Shown piece by piece: positions 1 through 9,889 of a stretch of DNA of 64,000 bases. The position numbers and the translations under genes were made by a program. The notes beneath the pieces are model-generated. The model worked only from the letters and a program-made list of their open reading frames with translations. It searched no databases and had not been told where the DNA came from. The stretch is from Candidatus Delongbacteria bacterium (GTDB lineage Bacteria; UBA4055): positions 1,175 through 65,174 of the forward strand of contig DAIMKZ010000001.1 of assembly GCA_036721445.1 (NCBI GenBank). The letters are read 5' to 3'. How positions within the stretch are numbered: position 1 is the stretch's first letter; each line of letters begins with the position of its first letter.

Positions 1-405
1 GAATTCAGATACATGTTCAATGTGAATAAAATAGAGCCGGATGTGGATCTTATAAAACTATGCGCCGGAATCAGCAGAAAATTCATTGATTACTCTGTTT
101 CGACAGGGGTCAAAGGTATTGTTGTCGAAGCTTTCGGGCGCGGAAACGTGAACCCTGAAATGAAGGACGGAATACTTGACGCAATCAGCAGGAATATTCC
201 AGTAGTAATAACTTCACGAGTGCCTAACGGAAGGGTGCTGGGTATATACGGATACGAAGGCGGCGCGAAACAGCTTGAAGATAACGGTGCGATCATGGGT
301 TATGACCTTAACAGTGAAAAAGCCAGACTGAAACTGATGGTTCTGCTCGGAATGGGAAAATCTACAGCCGAAATAAGACAGATATTCAAAGATGACAGAG
401 GGTAA
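1..405 (+). CDS. L-asparaginase, C-terminal fragment (5' end lies outside the window)
   Basis: ORF is open to base 1. 'GIVVEAFGRGNV...ITSRVPNGRV' matches the C-terminal domain of type I asparaginase/glutaminase. Confidence 0.65.
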   Translation, partial: EFRYMFNVNKIEPDVDLIKLCAGISRKFIDYSVSTGVKGIVVEAFGRGNVNPEMKDGILDAISRNIPVVITSRVPNGRVLGIYGYEGGAKQLEDNGAIMGYDLNSEKARLKLMVLLGMGKSTAEIRQIFKDDRG

Positions 406-425
406 TTATAAGAGCATTATCGGAA

Positions 426-854
426 TTGATGAATAATAAAAAATTCATAAGCATATCTTTATTTGCGTATGCCTTTCTGATCATATTCATTTCTCATCTG
501 CAAATGAATGATTCCGGTCAGGGGTTTATTAAAATAAACGATAAAGTGCTCCACATGTCTGAATATTTTATTCTCGGTATCCTTTCTGTGAGATATATTA
601 TGGTGGTTCTGGGAAAAAAGCCTGCTCAATCTTATTTTCTGACATTCGTTTGCTGCGCATTATTCGCAGTAACGGATGAAATCCATCAGGGATTTGTAGG
701 ATATTTTGATTCAGGAATCTTCGGAGGTATCAGAAATCCTGATCTTTTTGATTTTTTTGCCGATTCATCAGGTATAGCAGTTTCATTATTTGTTATTTAT
801 TTTTACAGAAATTCAAGAAAAAATTCAAAATATATACGGGAACAAAATGACTGA
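426..854 (+). CDS. VanZ-like family membrane protein
   Basis: Four predicted TM segments and a 'TDEIHQGFVGYFDSGIFGG' motif typical of VanZ. Confidence 0.55.
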   Translation: MMNNKKFISISLFAYAFLIIFISHLQMNDSGQGFIKINDKVLHMSEYFILGILSVRYIMVVLGKKPAQSYFLTFVCCALFAVTDEIHQGFVGYFDSGIFGGIRNPDLFDFFADSSGIAVSLFVIYFYRNSRKNSKYIREQND

Positions 855-3819
855 AGAAAAGAAAATTACAAGAATAACCGGCGCATCTGTTTTTATCATC
901 TCAGCGATAATGTATATGATAACAGTAGCTTCTACTACTTCATTCTGGGATTGCGGAGAGTTCATTACTACTTCATATATTCTCGGGATACCCCATCCTC
1001 CCGGAGCGCCTTTTTACCTGATGCTGGGAAGAATATTCTCTATGATACCGATAGTTGGAGATATCGGACTAAGAGTGAATCTGATCTCTGTTTTTTCCAG
1101 CTCGTTTACAGTCCTTTTCCTCTACCTGATATCTGCAAGACTGATTAGAAACTGGCGCGGGAAGACCGAAGATGTTTATGACCTGCTGATAGTGCACGGC
1201 GGATCAGCTATAGGTGCGTTAACTTTCGCATTTACATACACTTTCTGGTTCAACGCTGTCGAAGCAGAGGTTTATGCACTCAGTATGTTCTTCACATCAA
1301 TAATAATATGGCTGACTCTCGTATGGACGGAAAAACATGAAGAAAGCGATTCCTCAAAATTCCTTCTGCTTATCATGCTTCTTGTTGGTCTCGGAACAGG
1401 AGTACATCTCCTAAACATCCTTACTCTACCCGTCAGCATTTTCATCATGTGGTCATATAACAGAAGAACAGCAGTTATTGTAGGAGCCGGGGTAGTCATA
1501 TCGGTAATGGTTCTTTTTGCATTCCCTCTTCACTGGAAAATCTATTCGCTTTTCATTTTCCTGGCGCTTACGCTTTTCTTCAGCAGACTGAAAGACAACG
1601 AAGATATTTCCCTTGCTTTCATTATGCCTCTTCTTCTTATTCTCGGTTATTCAACTTACCTTATGATATATATTAGAGCCGGTCTAAATCCACCTATAAA
1701 TGAGAATGATCCTTCGAACTGGACAAGAATGATGTCATATCTTAACAGGGAACAGTACGGTGATGAGGCCCAGCTTAAGAACGCAATAACTCTGTTCTTC
1801 GGACAACCCAACAGAAAATATCTTGAGTCTCTGGAAAAGATCGGGGCTGTAGCCGGATCTTCTTCTGACCCGTGGGGCGGTCACTGGGCTTTTTTCTGGA
1901 AATACCAGATCGTCGAGATGTATATCAGGTACTTCAACTGGCAGTTCGTCGGTGTGGCGGCGGAGAAATTCAGCAATACTGTTACTCTTAAAGGACTTTA
2001 CGCGATACCATTCCTCGCAGGATTGTGGGGTGCTCTCCACCATTTCTTCAAAGACTGGAAAAAAGCCCTTGCTCTGCTCTTCCTTTTTGTCATAATGAGC
2101 CTCGGTCTTGTAATATATCAGAATCAGGATTTCATGCAGCCCAGAGAGAGAGATTATTTTTATGTCGGGTCATTTTTCATCTTTTCAGTCTGGATAGGAA
2201 TGGGACTTGCCTCGGTACTCGAATCTCTGAAAGAAAAAAACCTCTATAAGCTGATAATCCCCGTTGCTATACTAGGTCTGATCATTCCCGTTTTAGAATT
2301 GAACGCCAATTATTTTCTCTCCAACAGATCGGGAAATTATGTCGCGTGGGACTATTCAAAGAATATCCTCGAAAGCTGCGACGAGAACGGAATTCTTTTT
2401 ACCAACGGCGATAACGATACCTTTCCTGTATGGTATCTTCAGGAAGTTGAAGGAATAAGAACAGATGTTCAGGTGATCAATCTTTCTCTGCTTAACACAG
2501 GCTGGTATATCAGACAGCTTAAGAAAAAGATGCCGGAATACATTAGGTATAGCGAAAAACAAATAGACGAATATTTCGACCAGCATCTCATGACGTCTGA
2601 CGGATTCATGCGCAGATACTGGCCCGAAAAAAAGAAACTTCAGTTGCCTTCTGTAAGCGGAAGCAGCATAGTCGAATGGGAGCTGGGTCCTACGATGCAT
2701 GTAAATATCGGCGGATCGCAGGAGGGTTTTATAAAAATACAGGACCAGATGGTGCTCGAGATAATTGCATATAATGCCCAGATGAACTGGAAAAGACCGG
2801 TATATTTTGCTGTTACTGTTGGAAGCTCGAACTTTATCGGTCTGGATGAGTGGATGAGAATGGACGGTCTCTGCTTCAGAGTAGTTGACTATAAAGCGAA
2901 CAAAGGTATCGATCCTGAAGTTGTTTACGAAAGAGTGCTGGGAAGGTATCTGACCGCATACAGGAATCTTAATAATCCGGATATTTATTACGACGATAAT
3001 ATCATGCGTCTGCTTCAGAATTACAGAAGCGCTTTCATGCAGCTCGCAATATACATAGATGAAAATGACACTCTGAATCATCAACCCGATAAAGAGGTTC
3101 AGGATCTCGTCGCAAATTATAGTTATGATGAATTTAAAAATTTTTCACTTAATGACAAAAAAAGGTATCTCCTTACAAAGATGGAATCGATAATTCCGTC
3201 TTCAGTAATACCTTATTCAAACGAAATGGTAGCTGCGGAGCTAGCGGGAATGTATGCAGATATAGGAGATGAAAAAACCGGAATGGAACTTATAAACAGC
3301 ATCGATCTCGCTTCATTGACCTATAAAAAGCAGACAAGGTTTTTACTGTATCTGATATCAAGGGGGTACGGAAAATCGGCATCCGGTTTACTGGAGAGAG
3401 TTATTGATAACATAGGAAAGCTTTCAGACAGCAAAAGTAAATTTGAACGCTATTTTGAGATCTATGCCGGACTAGTTAAACTTGAAGAAAAAGAATTGAA
3501 GAACACAGTTTCTAAAACCGCTCTGGGCAACATCGAAAAGATAACTGATACGAACTTGAGAAATTCCCTTTTTAAAGAGTTCGCGGTTCTCGCTTATCAG
3601 GGCGGTGATTCTGAATTCGCCGCGGAGGTAATGAACAGATTTATTAAAGAATATCCGGACGATAAAGAGGGGATAGACCTCCTTTACCAGATTTACTACC
3701 TTTCAGGTAATTATTTAAAAGCGCTCGAAACTGCAGATAAATATTTAACCGCTTATCCTGATGATAAGGATTATATTCAGCAGAAAGCCGAACTTGAAAA
3801 ACTTCTTAACAGGAACTGA
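847..3819 (+). CDS. DUF2723 / TMEM260-like GT-C fold membrane glycosyltransferase with C-terminal TPR repeats
   Basis: The likely start is the ATG at 847 (MTEEKK...), not the upstream ORF-track start. N-terminus 'FWDCGEFITTSYILGIPHPPGAPFYLMLGRIF' followed by about 11 TM segments. Soluble C-terminal half has TPR-like repeats (e.g. ...YLKALETADKYLTAYPDDKDY...). Confidence 0.6.
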   Translation: MTEEKKITRITGASVFIISAIMYMITVASTTSFWDCGEFITTSYILGIPHPPGAPFYLMLGRIFSMIPIVGDIGLRVNLISVFSSSFTVLFLYLISARLIRNWRGKTEDVYDLLIVHGGSAIGALTFAFTYTFWFNAVEAEVYALSMFFTSIIIWLTLVWTEKHEESDSSKFLLLIMLLVGLGTGVHLLNILTLPVSIFIMWSYNRRTAVIVGAGVVISVMVLFAFPLHWKIYSLFIFLALTLFFSRLKDNEDISLAFIMPLLLILGYSTYLMIYIRAGLNPPINENDPSNWTRMMSYLNREQYGDEAQLKNAITLFFGQPNRKYLESLEKIGAVAGSSSDPWGGHWAFFWKYQIVEMYIRYFNWQFVGVAAEKFSNTVTLKGLYAIPFLAGLWGALHHFFKDWKKALALLFLFVIMSLGLVIYQNQDFMQPRERDYFYVGSFFIFSVWIGMGLASVLESLKEKNLYKLIIPVAILGLIIPVLELNANYFLSNRSGNYVAWDYSKNILESCDENGILFTNGDNDTFPVWYLQEVEGIRTDVQVINLSLLNTGWYIRQLKKKMPEYIRYSEKQIDEYFDQHLMTSDGFMRRYWPEKKKLQLPSVSGSSIVEWELGPTMHVNIGGSQEGFIKIQDQMVLEIIAYNAQMNWKRPVYFAVTVGSSNFIGLDEWMRMDGLCFRVVDYKANKGIDPEVVYERVLGRYLTAYRNLNNPDIYYDDNIMRLLQNYRSAFMQLAIYIDENDTLNHQPDKEVQDLVANYSYDEFKNFSLNDKKRYLLTKMESIIPSSVIPYSNEMVAAELAGMYADIGDEKTGMELINSIDLASLTYKKQTRFLLYLISRGYGKSASGLLERVIDNIGKLSDSKSKFERYFEIYAGLVKLEEKELKNTVSKTALGNIEKITDTNLRNSLFKEFAVLAYQGGDSEFAAEVMNRFIKEYPDDKEGIDLLYQIYYLSGNYLKALETADKYLTAYPDDKDYIQQKAELEKLLNRN

Positions 3820-4772
3820 TGAGAAAGAATATTTCCAAATACCTGAGGATCGCAGTATCGTTCGTTCTCCTCATCTACCTGTTCTATTATCTTGTGGATT
3901 TTAAAAGCCTTACCGAGATAATTAGAGGATCAAGCCCCAAGTATCTTTTCACAGCAATATTATTTTTTATTTTATCAGTGTTCGCCGCGGCATTCAGATG
4001 GCAGTACGTAGTCACTCTGAAGAACAGTAAATTATCATTCCGATCGTCTCTCCGGGAATATTTTATAGGTATGTTCTTCAACAATTTCCTTCCGGGATCG
4101 GTCGGAGGAGACGTTGTAAGAATAATAGGAGCTGCTGAAGAGATCGGATCAAAAGAGATATCTGTTTCTTCTGTTATTGTTGAAAGACTGATTGGACTTA
4201 TCTCGCTTGTGGCCATAGGTTTGACTGGCATGATATTCTTGAATTTTGATTCGGGATCGGACTTCACGGGAATAAGCATTATTCTGCTCGGCACGCTCAC
4301 AATAATACTTTTCGTACTCATAAACAGGTCCCTTAACAATATTCTCTGCGAGATCATCGAAACATATATCCCGGACAAATTTTCTTCGAATCTTGTTTTA
4401 TACCTCAAGGATTTTTCAGGCTATTCAGAATCGCCCTTCAAATTATTCATAGTTTTTCTGATATCTTTCGCCTTCAAAATACTGGACGGATTTTTTCTTT
4501 ACTTTATATTCAAAAGCCTGGCAATTGATTTAACTTACCCTCACGCCATAGCAATGTTCTCTATAATAAACGTTATTAAAATGATACCTATCTCTCTGAA
4601 CGGCATAGGACTGAGCGCCATATCCTGGGTGATAATTCTTAAAAGCTTCAGCATAGATGAAAATCTTTCAGCTTCCGTCGATTTCCTTACGATAACTATC
4701 TCTCTGCTCGTCAGCGGTATCGGCGGATTACTTTATTTCGCGAAGAACGCCAAAAACCGAAGATCTTACTAG
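3819..4772 (+). CDS. UPF0104 / LPG-synthase-TM (flippase-like) integral membrane protein
   Basis: Eight TM segments with 'FFNNFLPGSVGGDVVR'. Start ATG overlaps the upstream stop (ATGA), suggesting translational coupling. Confidence 0.55.
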   Translation: MRKNISKYLRIAVSFVLLIYLFYYLVDFKSLTEIIRGSSPKYLFTAILFFILSVFAAAFRWQYVVTLKNSKLSFRSSLREYFIGMFFNNFLPGSVGGDVVRIIGAAEEIGSKEISVSSVIVERLIGLISLVAIGLTGMIFLNFDSGSDFTGISIILLGTLTIILFVLINRSLNNILCEIIETYIPDKFSSNLVLYLKDFSGYSESPFKLFIVFLISFAFKILDGFFLYFIFKSLAIDLTYPHAIAMFSIINVIKMIPISLNGIGLSAISWVIILKSFSIDENLSASVDFLTITISLLVSGIGGLLYFAKNAKNRRSY

Positions 4773-6184
4773 TCTATCTGTACTCCGGAAAGCATATTTT
4801 TATTTTGAAGAGCGTGTATTAGCTCATTTCTGTCAACGGCCTTGGACAATGCTTCGTCTATGGTTATCACCTCTTTATTGATCAGCTCTATAAATGAATC
4901 GTTCATCAATCTCTGTCCCTGAGATTTACCGACCTCCATTATTGAAGGTATCTGGAAATTTTTACTTTCCCTGATAAGGTTCGATACGGCTGAAGTAACA
5001 ATCAGTGTTTCATACACAGCAACCCTGCCGCCTTCCTGTTTTTTACAAAGCATCTGAGACAGAACGCCTACAAGAGAATCTGCCAGCATGGCCCTAATCT
5101 GGTTCTGCTGATTTGAAGGATACTGGTCGATTATCCTGTCTACAGTACCTACGGCAGTATTCGTATGGAGCGTACCGAAGACCAGATGTCCAGTTTCCGC
5201 CATTTCTATAGCTATCGATATAGTTTCAAGATCACGCATCTCACCTACAAGGATCACATCAGGGTCTTCTCTTAAGGCAGCCCTCAGAGCTCTTTTAAAG
5301 GACTGGGTGTGGACACCCACTTCCCTCTGATTCACCAGGCATGATTTATTCTGGTGAACGAACTCGACGGGATCTTCGATAGTTATTATATGTTTTTTTG
5401 TTGTCCTGTTCACATAATCAACAAGAGCGGCCAGAGTAGTTGATTTACCCGAACCGGTCGGTCCTGTCACAAGGATAAGTCCTTTTGGAAGAGAGCAAAG
5501 CTCGATAACGTGTTTAGGAATACCTAATACTTCAGGCGGCAGGATCTTAAAAGGTATCTGCCTGAAAACACCTCCTATACCTCTGTGGTCCCTGAATATG
5601 TTCGACCTGAAACGGCATAAACCTTCTATTTCATAGGCGTAATCAGAATCGTTTGTAGCCTTGAATTCTTCAATATTCTTCTGAGGTGTAATGTAATTTA
5701 TTATAGGCCACATGTCATCCTCTGTCATAACCGGAAAATCTTCAAGTTCGACCATCTCGCCGTCAAGTCTGAGCATCGGTCTCGCACCGCTGCTGATGTG
5801 AAGATCGGATGCTCCGTTCTCGATCATATACCTCAGCATATCATCTATCATTACATTTCCGCCTGACTGCTCACTTTGAGTCCTTGAAGTACCGGCCACC
5901 TCATTCTTATTGGATGATCCAGGCACATATATTTCAAAAACGATCGAACTGTCGGATCTTGCAACTTTGATCGATTTTCCGCCGAATTTGAAATTTCCGG
6001 CTTTACCGAAAAAATCATCGCATTCCGAATTCATGGCTTTCAGTTCCCCCGGACCGAATACTGTCTGCGAGAAAACTTTATTTTGCCCGCCTACTACCAT
6101 GTAAGGCGTTTCTCCGGACCTGATAACAGTGCTGTCTGCTCCCTTGGAGACCATCATGTTAAGTATTTTCTCTATATTGCTCAT
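4769..6184 (-). CDS. PilT-like type IV pilus retraction ATPase with extra degenerate N-terminal domain
   Basis: Walker A 'GPTGSGKSTT', 'DPVEF', 'REDPDVILVGEMRD', 'GHLVFGTLHT'. Canonical PilT N-domain 'GASDLHISSGARPMLRLDG' is preceded by about 115 aa carrying a degenerate copy ('GADSTVIRSGETPYMVVGG'). Confidence 0.75.
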   Translation of the reverse strand: MSNIEKILNMMVSKGADSTVIRSGETPYMVVGGQNKVFSQTVFGPGELKAMNSECDDFFGKAGNFKFGGKSIKVARSDSSIVFEIYVPGSSNKNEVAGTSRTQSEQSGGNVMIDDMLRYMIENGASDLHISSGARPMLRLDGEMVELEDFPVMTEDDMWPIINYITPQKNIEEFKATNDSDYAYEIEGLCRFRSNIFRDHRGIGGVFRQIPFKILPPEVLGIPKHVIELCSLPKGLILVTGPTGSGKSTTLAALVDYVNRTTKKHIITIEDPVEFVHQNKSCLVNQREVGVHTQSFKRALRAALREDPDVILVGEMRDLETISIAIEMAETGHLVFGTLHTNTAVGTVDRIIDQYPSNQQNQIRAMLADSLVGVLSQMLCKKQEGGRVAVYETLIVTSAVSNLIRESKNFQIPSIMEVGKSQGQRLMNDSFIELINKEVITIDEALSKAVDRNELIHALQNKNMLSGVQID

Positions 6185-6636
6185 ATAATCTCCACTTTGT
6201 TAATTTTATTCTTGTTGACATATACTTTTTTGCTGTCCTTCATAAAGGTCAGAAAATTCCTGTCTGTATTTAGAAAATCTATGGCTCTGGACCTGTTGCC
6301 CGGAAGTTCCTCGTGAACTGTAAAATTTATTTTCTCTCCCGTTATGAATTGTATGCACAGGCTTTCTTTATCCGGATTCTCCTCAACCTCTCCGATCTCC
6401 GATACATAGAATATCGAATCTATATTCAGGATAGCGAATTTCTGGTCTCCGTTCATGATCATCGCCGGAATGAACTGGGATGTGTCGTTCAATACCTCAA
6501 GAACTGTTTCCTCTCCCGTATGATGGGCTGAAAAACGGTTAAGGAATAGTATCATGTTCGTTTTCTTTATCAATCCTCCGTCCTTGAAGGCTATCTCGAC
6601 TTCCTTCTTCTGTTTTGGGATGTTAAGGTCTTCCAT
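6181..6636 (-). CDS. hypothetical protein, translationally coupled to PilT-like ATPase
   Basis: ATGA start/stop overlap with the downstream ATPase gene. No recognisable motifs and no canonical PilZ RxxxR/DxSxxG motif. Confidence 0.4.
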   Translation of the reverse strand: MEDLNIPKQKKEVEIAFKDGGLIKKTNMILFLNRFSAHHTGEETVLEVLNDTSQFIPAMIMNGDQKFAILNIDSIFYVSEIGEVEENPDKESLCIQFITGEKINFTVHEELPGNRSRAIDFLNTDRNFLTFMKDSKKVYVNKNKINKVEII

Positions 6637-6640
6637 TTAC

Positions 6641-7786
6641 TCACTCCGTTTTTGAATTGAAGTTCTCAAGTAATTTACTGAAATATAAGAATCCAGCCAT
6701 CATGGCTTTCTCATCCGGATTGTAAGACTGATGATGAAGACCGTAAGATGTATTTACGTCATTTCCGGCACCCAGCCATGCGATAGCTCCGGGTACTTTT
6801 CGGATCATGAACCCGAAATCTTCTCCTGTCATCTTCTTTTCACAATCCGTAACGGTGATCCCTTTTCCAAAATCAGTATTCTTTATTTTTTCAGCTATAC
6901 TCTTGTTATTTATTGCAGGAATATATTCGCTGTGTATGATCAGTTTTGCTTTTATTCCGAAAGCGATCGATACTGAATTACCAGCGTCTTTGAGTTTTTC
7001 TTTTATTTTTGCCAGATCATCTTCCGAATAAGACCTGGCAGTGCCTTTAATAAACGCCGATGACGGAAGAATATTAGCCGCTTCACCTGCCTGGATCATG
7101 CCTATAGAAATAACATTCTCTTTTACAGGATCAAGAAATCTCGGTTCGATTGTATTGATAAGATTCACCAGAAAAGTTGAGGCTGTGACGAGATCGTTAT
7201 TCTGATGAGGAACTGCGGCATGACCTCCTTTTCCGGAAAGATTGTATTCGAACTCAATCGTTCCGGCGAACATTTTGCCGTCGTTGAGAGCTACAGTTCC
7301 GACCGGGAAATCAACAGTGTTATGTACAGCATAAGCCTCAGATGTTCTGTATTTTTCGAACAGTCCCTCTTTTACCATCAGTTCCCCGCCTCCGAAACCT
7401 TCTTCAGCAGGCTGGAATATCAAAAGTATATTTTTATTAGGTTTTGAACTCTCAATAAACTCTGCGAGAGTAAGCATGATGCTCATGTGAAGATCGTGGC
7501 CGCAGGCATGCATAAAACCTTCATGAACGGAGGCGTAATCCAAGCCTGTTTCCTCTTTTATTTTCAATCCGTCAATATCTGTTCTGAAAGCGATAAAATC
7601 TTCCTGACCGCCATTTTCATATACGGCAATAAAACCTGTTCTTGCCATCTTTTCCAGTCTGAACGAGCTTAAACCTGAAAAAACTTCCCGTAAGTAATCT
7701 CCCGTCTTAAACTCGCTGAATGCCGTTTCAGGTATCTTATGAAGCTCTCTGCGGTGCTGAATAAGCCGGTCAAAAATATCTGTCAT
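6641..7786 (-). CDS. M20D family amidohydrolase (N-acyl-L-amino acid amidohydrolase / hippurate hydrolase-like)
   Basis: 'HACGHDLH', 'FQPAEEGFGG' and 'HNTVDFPVGT' metal-binding and catalytic motifs. Confidence 0.75.
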   Translation of the reverse strand: MTDIFDRLIQHRRELHKIPETAFSEFKTGDYLREVFSGLSSFRLEKMARTGFIAVYENGGQEDFIAFRTDIDGLKIKEETGLDYASVHEGFMHACGHDLHMSIMLTLAEFIESSKPNKNILLIFQPAEEGFGGGELMVKEGLFEKYRTSEAYAVHNTVDFPVGTVALNDGKMFAGTIEFEYNLSGKGGHAAVPHQNNDLVTASTFLVNLINTIEPRFLDPVKENVISIGMIQAGEAANILPSSAFIKGTARSYSEDDLAKIKEKLKDAGNSVSIAFGIKAKLIIHSEYIPAINNKSIAEKIKNTDFGKGITVTDCEKKMTGEDFGFMIRKVPGAIAWLGAGNDVNTSYGLHHQSYNPDEKAMMAGFLYFSKLLENFNSKTE

Positions 7787-7870
7787 AAATCACTTTCCTT
7801 TAAAAATTGGATCTTCACTGAATATAATTTCTACTTACTGCCAATTCAAGTTAAATCTATAAAATATTTC

Positions 7871-9139
7871 TCAGAAAAAACCAGTAACTGTAAGAGAGAC
7901 AGAATTGAATATCCCTCCGAATTCTGATCTTTCAGAACTCCCTGCAAATATATCAGTCCCCAGTTTAACAGAAATATTTTCATCGAAAGAATATTCGATC
8001 TCAGGCACGAAAACGGCAGAGCTGTCGTCAATATTACATACTGATACTATCGACAGAATATAATCATTCTTAATTGTGTAAGACATTGCAACTGCGGCGT
8101 AGTTTTGTGCCAGACCCGACATCTCTCCGCCTGTCAGCCTCAGAAAAGAACTGATATCGTAATCTGAACTTTGTCTTTCTCCCAGACCGTTATAATAATA
8201 TTCAGTAAGAAGGTAAAGACCGCTGCCGAAAGTATAATCGAATCCGGTAGTAAGCTGAATGTATGATGAATCAGCGTCCAAAGCCTCCATGCCGTGATAT
8301 CTGGGATTAATGAAAGCTCCTTCGAACCTGTATCCTATCTCATTAAATATCTCACCTGACAGATCCGCACCTATCTGGATCTTTTCGGGTACGCCCAAAA
8401 GCTCACCGTCGTCTGTTTTGTCCCGTATTCCGGAAAAAGAGTATTCAAATCTTCCAGCAGTAGATTTGATCCTGGCTCCGTACTTCCAGTGGTCGAAATC
8501 GCTTCCGGGTGATGTAATTATCTGAAGAGACGAATTATCTCCGAAGAAAAACGCAAGATTGACAGCGAGGACACCTATCTTTGACGCGTCAGGAGCGGTA
8601 GGGTCCTTGATGTTCCAGACATCCGTAGGATTAAAAGCGTATCCTGTTCCCCATGCTATCTGCTGCTTTCCGAATGTGATATCAAAAGAGCTGTAGAATA
8701 GTTTGATTAGGGCTCTGTCGAGCACTATCGTTTCTTTAGGATAAAAAGAGGAGTATGACAGATGATCGAAATATCCTGAAGAATATATCTCAAGCAGCCG
8801 GTCCGCAATGATCCTCTCTTCCATTTCGAGACCGTCATACATTTCCTGATAATACTTATTTATAATTTCCGAATAAATGCTCACATCCTTGAAGGTATGG
8901 AACGGGTCCAGAGGTTTCATATCATATCGGTACAGCAGATGTGATTCGATCTTTCCTCTGTTCTTAATATCGTAATTGCCTTCAAGCCTGAACAATGCGT
9001 TAGACGATGTCACTTCGTTCTTGCCGTCAAAGTAATTTATACTTGACTCGAGATAACCTCCCAGTCTGATTGTCTCATCTGCCTTAGAATGATTAAATAG
9101 AGCTAAGACCGATAATGCAAAGAATAATATTTTCATCAA
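7871..9139 (-). CDS. putative outer-membrane beta-barrel protein
   Basis: Signal peptide (MMKILFFALSVLALFNHSKA), alternating amphipathic beta-strand pattern, and C-terminal '...TGFF' aromatic beta-barrel signature. Confidence 0.5.
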   Translation of the reverse strand: MMKILFFALSVLALFNHSKADETIRLGGYLESSINYFDGKNEVTSSNALFRLEGNYDIKNRGKIESHLLYRYDMKPLDPFHTFKDVSIYSEIINKYYQEMYDGLEMEERIIADRLLEIYSSGYFDHLSYSSFYPKETIVLDRALIKLFYSSFDITFGKQQIAWGTGYAFNPTDVWNIKDPTAPDASKIGVLAVNLAFFFGDNSSLQIITSPGSDFDHWKYGARIKSTAGRFEYSFSGIRDKTDDGELLGVPEKIQIGADLSGEIFNEIGYRFEGAFINPRYHGMEALDADSSYIQLTTGFDYTFGSGLYLLTEYYYNGLGERQSSDYDISSFLRLTGGEMSGLAQNYAAVAMSYTIKNDYILSIVSVCNIDDSSAVFVPEIEYSFDENISVKLGTDIFAGSSERSEFGGIFNSVSLTVTGFF

Positions 9140-9154
9140 TGACTCCTAAGGATA

Positions 9155-9889
9155 TTATCTTTTTAGGTATCTCTCTGTGAACATATCTTCAGGAAGTTCG
9201 ATATCGTACTGAATATCTGAAGTTCGAATTACAGTTCTTGAGTCTTTCAGTATATCCTTCATCACAACTTCCCCGGCTGTCCAGTATCCCTGAACTTTTT
9301 TAATATCTTTTACTGTCAGACTCTTCCACAAATTATCATTTTCATCGTAAAACTCAGCCCCGGAGGCTAGGAAATTAATTTTATCTATCCACATGAAAAA
9401 TCTGCTGTAGCTCTGATCCTTTTCCTTTGCTTTAAATTCGATCTTATAGCAGTCTTTTCCGTCCCTCGCTTCTTCACCGTTCAGGCTATAGTCGTAATCT
9501 TTCCTGTTATCTGACATCGACATATCGTCATATGAGAAATCCGAATTGTTCGCAGACTGTTTCTTCTGATGTGAAGCGATCTTTCTGACCCTGTTGGTCC
9601 TGTTCGAATAGAACCAGATATCGTCACCGTCATTGAGCATAAGCACCTTCATTCCCTGTATCCTTTTCGGCTCGATATATTCCATCAGCATCATCTCATT
9701 ACCGTTCTTTGCATAAGCCTTCATAACAGATGTCCTGACGGTTCCGTCGGCACGGTACACTTCTTCAGTATTGACCGATACCATTGTTATAAAATTTTCA
9801 TTAGCCTCGCTTTTATCAAGGATTTCGTCAACTGTAATTGCCGCACAGCTGACAACAAATCCGCAGAGCATTAAAACATACGCTTTCAT
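9155..9889 (-). CDS. LolA-like outer membrane lipoprotein-sorting family protein
   Basis: Signal peptide, about 240 aa. The family typically sits directly downstream of MMPL/RND exporters, and the start overlaps the MMPL gene stop here. Confidence 0.5.
   Translation of the reverse strand: MKAYVLMLCGFVVSCAAITVDEILDKSEANENFITMVSVNTEEVYRADGTVRTSVMKAYAKNGNEMMLMEYIEPKRIQGMKVLMLNDGDDIWFYSNRTNRVRKIASHQKKQSANNSDFSYDDMSMSDNRKDYDYSLNGEEARDGKDCYKIEFKAKEKDQSYSRFFMWIDKINFLASGAEFYDENDNLWKSLTVKDIKKVQGYWTAGEVVMKDILKDSRTVIRTSDIQYDIELPEDMFTERYLKR

Noticed and set aside
1-6. GAATTC at position 1 as evidence of a cloned EcoRI fragment.
   Set aside because: Plausible, but internal GAATTC sites occur (e.g. about 2389, about 3613, about 15320), so it is not a complete EcoRI digest. 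It could also be coincidence. No biological meaning.
90-296. Many ORF-track entries that overlap real genes on the opposite strand or in another frame. Examples: 90-296, 951-1148, 1272-1499, 2356-3084, 3887-4408, 18777-19604, 44380-44904, 60125-60658, 63689-63985.
   Set aside because: They lie wholly inside longer ORFs that carry strong family motifs. They have no start context of their own and no recognisable domains, so they are typical shadow ORFs.
6181-6636. 151-aa PilT partner as a PilZ c-di-GMP receptor.
   Set aside because: No RxxxR or D/NxSxxG motifs are visible. It is left as hypothetical.
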